This document shows, piece after piece, positions 35,877 to 45,828 of a stretch of 47,282 nucleotides of DNA. The stretch covers positions 1 through 47,282 of the forward strand of contig CAVPXM010000037.1 of NCBI GenBank assembly GCA_963709405.1, given 5' to 3'. How positions within the stretch are numbered: position 1 is the first letter of the stretch; each line of letters begins with the position of its first letter. Under the pieces are notes generated by a model. The model did no database searches. It worked only from the letters and a program-made list of their open reading frames with translations, and was not told where the DNA came from. A program made the translations under genes and the position numbers. Source of the stretch: an uncultured Nitrososphaerales archaeon. GTDB lineage: Archaea > Thermoproteota > Nitrososphaeria > Nitrososphaerales > Nitrososphaeraceae.

Positions 35877-36539
35877 TTGTATAAGAGAATCTCCGAACAG
35901 TATAACAACGATGAAATTTTGAGTTTTGTTAAGAGATTAGTACCGCATTCTATATCTAAATTGTATTATTCTGAGCAAAATTTGAAGCAAGTGTTACAAT
36001 GGTTTAAAACTGATTTTATGAGGTGGATGCCGAAGCTTTTGAAATGTAAAACTTGTGATAGAGAAATGGATATTCAGGTAATAAGCGGCAGTTCATGGAA
36101 ATTGCGTGCAACAGAGATTTATTTGTGTAAAATATGTGGGTTAGAACAAACGTTCCCTAGGTATGGCGAAATTCTGAATATCGCGATGACAAGAATTGGT
36201 AGGTGTAGTGAATGGTGTATGCTCTTTGGCGCTATTCTAAATTCTATGTCAATCAAAACTAGGCCAGTCAACGATTTTCTTGATCACTGTTGGAATGAGT
36301 CATTGGTAAATGGAAAGTGGTTACACATAGATTCTACCCTAGAATATCCAATCTCTTTCAATCATCCTCATTATTATCAGCAAAATTGGGGCAAGAAATA
36401 CAGGTATGTTTTAGCATTTTCTTCTGATAATATAGAGGATGTGACTACTAAGTATTCCGAACAGTGGAATATGGTTCTAAAAAGACGAGATCAAAAAAAT
36501 GCCATACAGGATTTTACTAAGATTTATTCCAAATTGTAA
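35877..36539 (+). CDS. Peptide:N-glycanase (Png1/NGLY1)-like transglutaminase-fold protein
   Basis: WFKTDFMRW, CKTC, CKIC, FPRY, GRCSEW, DHCWNE, WLHIDS, YYQQNWGKK, LAFS, EDVTTKY. Confidence 0.85.
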   Translation: MYKRISEQYNNDEILSFVKRLVPHSISKLYYSEQNLKQVLQWFKTDFMRWMPKLLKCKTCDREMDIQVISGSSWKLRATEIYLCKICGLEQTFPRYGEILNIAMTRIGRCSEWCMLFGAILNSMSIKTRPVNDFLDHCWNESLVNGKWLHIDSTLEYPISFNHPHYYQQNWGKKYRYVLAFSSDNIEDVTTKYSEQWNMVLKRRDQKNAIQDFTKIYSKL

Positions 36540-36845
36540 ATTCTGGGTGACTAATTATATTACTTCTTATTACACGGAAAAGGCTTCAAGATCCTCGATA
36601 AACAAGTTTCATTATCTATGAGTTAGTTTACATAGTACAATTTTCTTTCGTCCAATTGATTAATCCTTTACAATTTATTAAATCGAGATAATCCATTTCA
36701 AATAGCTCTGTAAAATTAAGATATTTTCTCCTTGGTATAATAATATGCAAATAGATTTAACCATTTTTGTACGTGCTTCAGCTTGCAATTTTTCTTTCTA
36801 CATGGAAAATAGTCATCAAAACATTCAGTTCTATCCTTTATTATA

Positions 36846-37772
36846 GGTAATACCCAAGAACTTGGAACAGATAATAAGTGATAATTTCTAGTGCCCTATT
36901 CGTGATGCGTGCGTGAATCTAGTCCTATAGAACTCGCTGGAAGTGTGACAAAAAGCCGCGTATATTTTCGTCATGCTAGATGGAAAGGATGGAGACGATG
37001 TCCAAGATGTGGATATCGATTGTTGTACCATCTTAAAGATAAGAGGTTTGGATGCAAACGTTGCAGATACAAATTTGGAGAGTTGACAGGAACTTATCTT
37101 GGAGAGTTTTATTTCCCACTTGATATACTAGTGCACCTCCTCTATCTCTATGCTCTTGGAGTACCAGCGTACAGAATCCGATTTTATGTTCCACGTAGCT
37201 TGGCCACAATAGAGAGAACATTGAGTATTCAGACAATCAATCTACAATGAATCACTTCAGAAATTAAAGGAGCTGAAGAAGCTGTCAGGAGAAATAGAAA
37301 TAGACGAAGCATTATTTGGTGGACATAGGAAAGGAAAACGCGGATGGGGTGCAGAAGGTAAAAGCCTGGTATTTGGAATATATCAAAGAAATGGGAAGGT
37401 CATCACATTTCCTGTATCTGACAGAATACAGGATACATTAATTCCAATAATTAAACTCCATACTAAGAAGCGTTCCTTGTATTATACCGATGACCATACT
37501 GCATATGCTTCATTAGGTCTAATCGGAAAACATCAGATAATTGCTCATCGAATGGAAGAATATGTACGTGAAGATACTAGTCATATCAATGGTATTGAAG
37601 GATTCTGGAGTTATGCAAAGACCTGGTTGTATCATTATCGAGGAGTACCCAAACAGTACCTTCACCTGTACCTTAAAGAAATAGAATTTAGATTCAACCA
37701 TAGGAACGAAGATATCTTCCGGTTACTAGCTAAAATAATGGTAAGAACTGTTCCAACTTCTTAGGTATTACC
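36846..37772 (+). mobile_element. IS1595-family element, frameshifted transposase
   Basis: TIRs GGTAATACCCAAGAACTTGGAACAG / CTGTTCCAACTTCTTAGGTATTACC; Zn ribbon CPRC..CKRC, IEIDE, YTD, HINGIEGFW, YLKEIEFRFN. Confidence 0.92.
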
Positions 37773-37874
37773 TATTTTTAAGTAGAGAAACTATCTATTA
37801 CGAACAATAATTATAGTCGCTAATTCACAGATAAGCACCTATGAATAGCAATTTTGTTTTTATTCACAATGCAA

Positions 37875-38380
37875 TTACTTGATCTTTCGGACGGTTTTTA
37901 GGATATCTAAGGTCTGTTTTTGTAGTTGCTTTATTTGTCCTTCAATTTGCTTGATTGACTTGAACTGTCTTTCCGTCGATGTAATGTACTTTTGCAATGG
38001 TTTAAGAATTTTTGTTATTTGATCTATATTACTGGTCTGTTTTGCAAGCTGCTTTATTAAATCTGATACCCGACTGGTTTCATCCAATCTAGCAGTACGT
38101 TTTATCAATTTTTTTCTTTTTTCTTTACTTTTGCCCTTGAGAGTGATCCACCTTCCTCTTGTTTAGTTGGTAATGTAGATGTTTGTTCATCATCTTTTTC
38201 TTCAAGCACTTCAGTTTCAAAATCCTGTCCAATTGGTAACTGTTCTTCAGACTGTTTGTTTTCAACTAGTAGCAATTCCTTTTCTTGTTCCCTGTTTGAT
38301 GGAAGGTCATTATTATCATCATTATCGATAGCCTCAGTAGGCATATATCTTAAATTATAATGATCATTTTTGTTGCTCAT
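37875..38380 (-). CDS. Two overlapping hypothetical ORFs (acidic, then coiled-coil), possibly one frameshifted gene
   Basis: ORFs 38105-38380 and 37875-38108 overlap next to an A-run. Confidence 0.4.
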
Positions 38381-38891
38381 AAGTATTACCTTGGTCTATC
38401 CAAAACATTTACGTCAGATATCAAAAGACAAAGACAAAATTAAGATCGAAAGATAGAACTATAGCGTTCTAATATTATGTTATCTTGATGCGCCTAATGT
38501 CGATTGCTTTTCATCAACATTGACTACTACCTTGGAATAGAATTGAATTCATTTTTTACTAGTTGAATTGGGAGCCTTAAGCTTCTTGTTACTCAAGTCT
38601 ATTCCATCCAAAATATTCTCAGCTTTGAGTTTAATGAAGTCTGGTGATCGAATTGACCCTTTCATATATTGATATAGTTCACAAAGTAATGTTGCGTTTA
38701 TAGGATTCTCCAATAAAGATATTTTATTGATATACGAGACGGCTAGTTAGAGATAATGCTTGAAGTCTAGTTTTATGTTTGTCTGCTAAATAAGCGGATT
38801 TATTGTCGAGCTGATTATATCGATTGGATTGAGTCCTGCAATTGATTGAATGGATGGATGGTGATAATACAAAAGAGTTGTTGGATAGTAC

Positions 38892-39350
38892 TCATTTAAC
38901 GGTATTAGTAGTACTACCAACAAAGAAATTGTCAAGCATTTTTATCACAAAGTCTGGCCGCTCTTCTGGAATCCAATGACCAGAGTTGGGAACTTGAATA
39001 CCTGTAACATTTTGAGCCAATGCATTCATTCCATACAGTGCATAATTAATAGTAACATTCCCTCCAAATGCTGGGATGTATCCTGCTCCTACAGCCAGTA
39101 CTGGCATCGTAAGCTTAGTCTTTGAATAATTTTCATTTTGAATTGCATCTTGTGGGAAAGCTCGGAAATAGTTAAATCCATCGCGCATTCCACCTGGGGC
39201 AGAATAATGGCTAACAAATTCGTTGATATCAGCATGGGTGATTGCAGATGGATTATGTGCAAGATTGTGATAAAACCATGATAGGTACGTTATCTCTTTT
39301 CCGTCTACAAGAGCTTCTGGTAAATCAGGAAGCTGTTGAAATGGAAACAA
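38892..39350 (-). pseudogene. Alpha/beta hydrolase (epoxide hydrolase-like), C-terminal fragment
   Basis: FQQLPDLPEALV.G.E..YL, YSAPGGMR.GFNYFRA, KLTMPVLA, SGHWIPEERP. Confidence 0.8.
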
Positions 39351-39505
39351 ATCCTCCTCCAACTCCATTACGACAGCCAACTCGTCCACGGCCAGAAGCA
39401 ACGACACCAAAAAAACTGGTCTCACCATCTTGCACTCCACCACCAGAAGGAGATTTCCTAAGGGTAAACTGCAGGTTTATCAAGCTCCTTATTATCAAAA
39501 GCATC

Positions 39506-39661
39506 AGAGGATTCGACGTAAAAGGATCGCATCGTAACGTAACAAGATCGAGATTAACGTAATAACATATGAAAATCATCGCATTACGTAAATACTATTA
39601 CGTCATTTTTTACGTAATAATGACTGGTGATCAAAAACAAAAGGCCTTTTTTTATTACGTC
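39506..39661. repeat. Cluster of TTACGT/ACGTAA motifs
   Basis: About seven copies in both orientations within ~155 nt next to the tRNA fragment. Confidence 0.6.
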
Positions 39662-39712
39662 AAATTTTAAAAATCATCCCCAAATATTGCGAGTAAATCT
39701 ACCGCTCTAAAA

Positions 39713-39731
39713 TGGTGGACTGGGCGGGATT
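39713..39731 (-). other. 3' end of a tRNA gene (probably tRNA-Ala); candidate att site
   Basis: Minus strand AATCCCGCCCAGTCCACCA = T-arm 3' strand + acceptor + discriminator A + CCA; U at position 70; rest of the tRNA absent. Confidence 0.7.
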
Positions 39732-39744
39732 ATATCCCTTGTGG

Positions 39745-40062
39745 TTAAGGGGTTCAACTACTCTATGGACTAATCTTTCAGAGAATTTTGTTATGTTACT
39801 ATCCTTGCTGTATCTTACATGCGAACGAGCACATTCTATCATTATCCATCTCAAGTCTTTACTACCTGTTTTAGTTATGTTACCGTGATACGTTACCCCA
39901 CCAGAACTATGCGTTGATGGTACTAGTCCAGCATATGAACATAGATGATTTGAATCAGGAAATCTGTTTATTGCACCGATTTCACTTATTATGAGTAGAG
40001 CAGAATAATATCCTACCCCGGGAATTGTCGTAAGTAATCTTGTTGCTTTGTCTTTTTCATTC
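39745..40062 (-). mobile_element. IS110-family transposase C-terminal fragment
   Basis: LLTTIPGVGYYSALLIISEIGAINRFPDSNHLCSYAGLVPSTHSSGG...ITKTGS. Confidence 0.85.
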
Positions 40063-40227
40063 TGCTATAGGATCTATTGTTCTAGGCCTTACTGATACCT
40101 AGGACTTTGATAGCCGCAAATAACACTCCGATTACCACATGGCTATAGCATTCTTTACTATTAGATCATTTATTGTTCTGAACTCAGGTAAACTGGACGG
40201 TAGAAAAGAATTGTTAGTATTATCCCT

Positions 40228-40742
40228 TCATTGCAGTATCGGTTCTTTCATTGTGATGTTTTTAATGAATTCCTTAAGCTGAGGGAGAGTTTGCTCAAAA
40301 TATGGAATGACGTCCAAGGAAGCATTGGCCGAAAGTAATGAACCATGCAATGAATAATTTCTTATATGCTTTATCATCCAATACCAGGTGCCTTCCTGAT
40401 TTGCTTTGCTTAATTCGTTTGCCAAGTCTACGCTCTTACCCTGATCTGACAGCGCGCTAATTACTTTATCCACCTCCATACTTTATCCACCTCCATTCTA
40501 TCACCTGGAATGCCGGATAATTGAAACCTATCAATTATCCTAAATAGTAGAGAATCAAAGGTTCCAATCATTTGGGAAATCAATGAGTCTATTTCCATTT
40601 CAGCACTTACTTGTGCATCCTTTGATGAGAGATCGCCGTGTTGCGATTTAATATTTTTTATATTCTTCAAATGTTCCTCGCAGGCATACAGTTTAAAGAT
40701 CATTCTGTCTGACTGCAGAAAAGGTAGGTCTGGGTTGGTCAT
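40228..40742 (-). pseudogene. HEPN-like helical protein disrupted by a 17-bp tandem duplication
   Basis: Rx4H motif W....IRNYSLH; ACTTTATCCACCTCCAT duplicated at 40463-40496. Confidence 0.55.
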
Positions 40743-40924
40743 CAGTTATCTGTACAGGACTTCTACTTATGTTCTTCGTGTCCATTCAATTTATAGAATC
40801 TTAACATTTTGTTTTTCTGACAGTGTTTACTCTATTGAATTGACTAACATTATAAGCTAATTTGCCCAATATTCAATGAGGTTAATGTTATTATAAGCTC
40901 ACATGATCGTAACCCATGATCATC

Positions 40925-41040
40925 ATACATAGTCACTACCTGCTTTAATCAATGTCTCATCAATTATGAACTCAGATATTGTCCTTCTAGTCTAAAATAT
41001 CCTCTTTGGCTTTGTATCGTCGAATCCAATTCCAGATAGA
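40925..41040 (-). mobile_element. IS6-family transposase fragment
   Basis: IWNWIRRY..(frameshift)..ISEFIIDETLIKAGSDYV. Confidence 0.65.
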
Positions 41041-41234
41041 TAGAGAGATGGACGTTTTCCTGAGTGATAGCCCCGAAGAGTATAGCTGCAATGCGTGATA
41101 AACATACTTTGAAGAGGTCCTGCTTCTTTCTTTGGATATAGCCATTATCGGGATGTAGGATGTTTTTAGCTATATGTCTATCCGTTAACTGAACAGTGCC
41201 TTATGAGAAATAGAAAGCTTTAAAGCTTTTCTAT

Positions 41235-41358
41235 TATTGATGAGGACCTGTTAAGTTAACGATATGTGAACCATCTATCTAGATCCATGTCAGACGGTAT
41301 CCATGCTTGTTGGAATGGATCTGCATAAGAAGTATCTGCAAATAGCTTTAATGAAAAA
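41235..41358 (+). mobile_element. IS110-family left end with the first ~18 codons of the transposase
   Basis: MLVGMDLHKKYLQIALM (first Asp of the DEDD RuvC-like domain, GxDxH) at 41303. Confidence 0.7.
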
Positions 41359-41412
41359 TATGGAAGGTTTGTTGTTATTGTTATTGTTGTTTGTTATATT
41401 GTTTTTATTATC

Positions 41413-41766
41413 TTATCCAGATGTAGTAGCGTTTTGCATAGCTCCGGCTACTTTTTGTAGAAGAAGCATCTTACCATGTGCGATTAATACATCTTGCAAT
41501 TCCAATGCGCCAATTAGTGTCTTAAGAGTCTGCGGTACATCCAACGATTGTACCTTATCCAACACTGCAGCAAGTTCGGGATGTTCTGACCTCATTTGAT
41601 CTATCTTCGCCTTAATCATATCTCTTGTCACCATTCCTCCCGGTAGTGACATAGTGGCGTTTTGCGCTGCTGCATATCTCAAAGGCAGGACAGCTACTGT
41701 AGCCAACAATACCGCTGCTAATGCCATGCCTGCAAATCCAAACTTCATTTGTTTGCTCATGGTCAA
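41413..41766 (-). CDS. Secreted hypothetical protein
   Basis: Signal peptide (KFGFAGMALAAVLLATVAV..YAAA) followed by a helical domain. Confidence 0.65.
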   Translation of the reverse strand: MTMSKQMKFGFAGMALAAVLLATVAVLPLRYAAAQNATMSLPGGMVTRDMIKAKIDQMRSEHPELAAVLDKVQSLDVPQTLKTLIGALELQDVLIAHGKMLLLQKVAGAMQNATTSG

Positions 41767-41997
41767 CTGAACGAGGTGAAAGTATATAAGATTTCACCTT
41801 AACCTTGTTAACTAAGATTTTTAAATAATAAATCAACAGCATACGGTTTGAATAGATGCATAGTTGACACATAAAAGCATCCAAAAAGGTTATATTTTCT
41901 AGTCTAAGGTGTAGTATTGCTTCTTTTTCAAGAGAGTAATTTCATTAATTAATGGTTTTTGAATTTCCTAACAGGTCCTCCAAATATTTCTAAAATT

Positions 41998-42092
41998 CAC
42001 ATGGATATGGATATAGGTGGATGGCAGAAACGGCATTATCTTCTATTAAAAGGATGTTTGGTGAACACATAACGGCTAGAAAATTTCCTAAC
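41998..42092 (+). mobile_element. IS5 transposase C-terminal fragment
   Basis: HGYGYRWMAETALSSIKRMFGEHITARKF, homologous to the end of the 8368-9264 transposase. Confidence 0.8.
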
Positions 42093-42900
42093 GGTGTTCA
42101 AAACATGGTTTCTACAGAGCCACCTGAAGAATATGTTGATGACTACAAAAGGATGCTCAAGACATTCGATGAGACTTATCGTCAGAAAAAATTGCAAAAA
42201 GTGGAGTATTGCAAGAATAGATTATTTTATGTTATGCAGAAAATTCAGGATATTTACCAGTCGTATCTTCGTAGATAGAATCACAAAATATATCACCATT
42301 CTTTCTCTTTGATTCTTGTTGAAGGAACTTACAGATTAGACAATACATTACCTCATTCGTTATCTTGTACTCTTTCAATCAATACTGTTGGCTGCCAAGT
42401 GTTACCATAATATGTAAATGTTTACATCTTCAACCCCGTTATATACTGGGCCCAAGTGGGTTAGGTCCCTGCATGTAGAGGGCTTCAATGGTTTGTGTTA
42501 TTAATATTTCAATTAACTATAACAAGACGAATACATTATTCAAATAATCTGTTTCATAGGATTCTAACCTAGTTAGTAAGTCCTATTTACCGTTCCTGCG
42601 ACCTATGCAATATCATTGTAACTTCTGCAGTCTATCTGTTTTAGGATCCTTAGCAGAGGCTCTTCAAGAACATGTCGATAAAATATGGCAGTTAATTTTT
42701 CGAATGCAGGCGCACCATCAGCCCACTTGTACAAGGACGGTACAGAAATCATTATCTTCCCCTTGATTACTGCCCATTATTTATAATACTCCAAAAAGAC
42801 ACTTACGTGTTGCCATTCTCGTAATCTTTTTTCAGGGCTCAAGCGCATCCACCACGTGCTCAAACTCAAACTATCATCATTTCTAGAAGTATCTGATGCC

Positions 42901-42971
42901 AGGACATCGTGGGCCTTTACCCGCAATGCAGATCTGTATGATGGATCATTCCTCTCTTTCGATCAGTCGGC
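42901..42971 (-). repeat. Partial second copy (5' 71 nt) of the 19429-19661 element
   Basis: 66/71 identical to 19591-19661 with no gaps. Confidence 0.9.
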
Positions 42972-43139
42972 TACTATTGATATATTAGGTCGAATCGATC
43001 TTTTATACTTTTGTTAAATCAATCCAAATATTATCAAATTAAAAAAGTATCCAAGATTCAACATAAATTTACACTTGCATTTGGAATCAGTCTACTATTA
43101 GTAGGCAGGCAGCTTTTATAGTCCTACGTATATACTAGC

Positions 43140-43460
43140 TTAACAAAAGGCAGTCCAACATTGACAAGATGAGACATTACTAGAACACAGATAGATATGC
43201 TTATCACCACCCACACCTAGGAGCAGTACCTTAGAGTGCCCGGAGGTATTCCCGCGGAGGCCATGAACTGTCCTCGAAATACCACCAAGGAACAAGGCTC
43301 CTGCACCAAAGAATATTAGAATCCCTAAGGTGAATATTGGAAGTTTCATTAGAATTATTGATAATCCTATTATTAGCAGGCGGATTCCAATATTAACCAG
43401 GCGTGAACGTCCAGATAGTGGATCTTCTATTCCGATAGCTACCGGTTCAATTCCACTGGC
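43140..43460 (-). pseudogene. Membrane protein fragment (HdeD/DUF308-like)
   Basis: GIEPVAIGI..SRLVNIGI..ALFLGGISRTVHGL hydrophobic repeats. Confidence 0.45.
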
Positions 43461-43519
43461 GTTGTTGTTTGTGTTTTTAGTATGGCGATGATATAAATAT
43501 ATATTTGATTTTATGGCCA

Positions 43520-43820
43520 ACTCCCAACGTTAAATTATTGCCACATCTCTGCAATTTTACCATCCGTTGTAATTCTAAAGAGATCGAATCCGGTAAATGG
43601 TTATTGGCTTGTCGCTAGGGGGCATGCCTAACATCTCCTTTTTGAGTATACCAAGAAATGTGCATCGAATCAATACTTTATCTCCGTTAAATATTGTATC
43701 ATGGTGTGTGACTTGATATATATGGGAGCTGTCTGCTACTGATGATGCAAATTTCTTTACACCTTCTGGACCATAGGTAAACTCAGAAGGAAGCACAGGA
43801 TTCTTTACCTCAGGATCCAA
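43520..43820 (-). pseudogene. SnoaL-like ester cyclase fragment
   Basis: GPEGVKK..DTIFNGDKVLIR..MLGMPPSDKPITI, then GFDLFRI after a frameshift. Confidence 0.7.
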
Positions 43821-45045
43821 TCCGCAGTTAAAATATCCTCGGTTTAAAGCAATTATAGGATAAAACGGACTTTGCTCTAAAGTGTGTTCTGGAAGTGGGT
43901 GTATATGAGTGTATATGGATCATCATAAAAGATGTTATCTATATAATCTATCTTTATTGCAATATTTGGATGATCGCTGGTCAGACCAAGTATAACAAAG
44001 ACCCATGAATGAAATGACTTGGTTGATGAGCAAGTACCAACGACCATGATGTTTGCGGCAAGAATTATCTAGCATCGCATATGATATATATCTTATAAAT
44101 TCTGTGGTAGTGAAACATACTATTTACATAATCATTGCTTACATGCCTTTCTGTTTCATTATTTTTTTATCATATTTACTGCTTGGTCGCCAGCCTGAGC
44201 AAGGCGAGCTATCTGTCGATATCCCTGGACATTCAAGTCACGAACCTGATAAATATTCAACTTATTTTTCGTACTACTCACTGATAGCACAAAATATAAT
44301 AGGCTGATGAAAAATGAGTTGAGATATTGTCACAAGCCGAAGGGTATAACTTATTTAGAATACGAGAGTCTGAAGGATAGGCAAAACGTTATTCTTTATA
44401 CACCACAATCCTTTATATCTATTACACCGTTACTTTGCTACATAATTTATCATGATAAAGCGATACTCTTTATAGATACCGACATAGTAGCTGGTAATGT
44501 TGCCCCTTATCATACTCTTAATGAAAGTTCAAGAAAATTGTGGAATTAAATAAAATGACCGGTGATTCTAGATTTGTAGAAAGTATTGGCACTAGTCGTA
44601 AATTGATTTACATTCCTATTGCAGGACTGATAATATCCACCCTTAGATTTTCGGTAGCTGAATTAGGTTTAATTTAAAATTTGGCCGTTTTGTATCACGA
44701 ACGTGACATAAGTGAGAAAGAGAGAGTAGATAAATTGTAAATAATGTTCTAAAATGCTATCATTCCACTCAAAACTGCATAAAATATTCCCATAAACGTT
44801 ATGAGTGACTCCAATGTGGCTATCAATGATATTTGTATTAGAATTATTATGATTAATGATATTCGATGTATAATGTCAACCTGCGTGAGTCCAGAGATAA
44901 TGAAAACAGTCCTTAAAGGAGGTAGACGTGGGTGGTCGACCCAAATGGTAAAACATTCTTAATAGAAGGCAGTCAACTCAGAAACATAAGTTGGTATTCT
45001 CAAAGAAGTTACATATATATAAGTTAGTTCCACGAAGAGGCAATA

Positions 45046-45828
45046 ATGAATCATCAAAGAATCTTACCGATCGGTATCATATTGACGTTGCTGGTCTCGG
45101 CGCCATCATTGTTAATAACTAATCATCATATCTACGCACAAAATAATTCCAGCAGCAATAAGAATAACATTGATATCAAAACTATGATTCCTAAATTTTT
45201 GCAATCGTTAAGAAAGGATATCAGCGGACATTATAGTAATCCGACCTTTGGTATTAATGACATAGCCTTTCCTGGAGGATGGCATGGTCGTGCAATTGAG
45301 ACCGAATTTGGACTTCTTATAAACATGCATCCTGGCAACGAAAGTCAATATTTACGTAATTTGTTAAACAGAGAAAATCCAGTCATAAGTCCAGTTATAT
45401 TGGTACAATCGCTTAACAATTCGGTGATTAATAAGCTAAGCTTTCCTACCTTTTCCATTTCCAAAAACTGCAAAGAATTGGCTGCAAACTCGACTTCCGT
45501 GGTAAATGGCAAGACATTTCATGTATATACAATAGAATGTCCGTTCTCCAAACTATTTTCGGGAGCGTCTATCAATAACCAGAGTGGAGCAAGTTCTAGT
45601 CTTGGCAATAATAGTGCTATCACTACGCCACCTAAAAATTTCAATATTAATGGCATAGGACAAACTAAGGTATATGAATACAAGACGCCAGATAGAACTT
45701 ATCGACTGATGCTAGTAGTTAGCAGTCCTCTGTTCTCTTCAGCCACCCCTTCTACTACGCAGAAACCTGATATTAGCAAGTATATTCCAGCCATCGACGC
45801 TACAGCAAAAACCCTGAAAATTAAATAG
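45046..45828 (+). CDS. Secreted protein (PsbP-like fold suspected)
   Basis: Signal peptide ending IYAQ, Asn/Ser linker, YSNPTFGI..FPGGW and a Cys pair; intact 260 aa. Confidence 0.7.
   Translation: MNHQRILPIGIILTLLVSAPSLLITNHHIYAQNNSSSNKNNIDIKTMIPKFLQSLRKDISGHYSNPTFGINDIAFPGGWHGRAIETEFGLLINMHPGNESQYLRNLLNRENPVISPVILVQSLNNSVINKLSFPTFSISKNCKELAANSTSVVNGKTFHVYTIECPFSKLFSGASINNQSGASSSLGNNSAITTPPKNFNINGIGQTKVYEYKTPDRTYRLMLVVSSPLFSSATPSTTQKPDISKYIPAIDATAKTLKIK

Noticed and set aside
39713-39731. Complete tRNA gene
   Set aside because: Only the 3' 19 nt are present; no D arm or anticodon arm upstream.
41303-41599. 98-aa membrane protein ORF
   Set aside because: Chimeric reading of an IS110 start, a TTG/TTA microsatellite and the antisense of the 41413-41766 gene.
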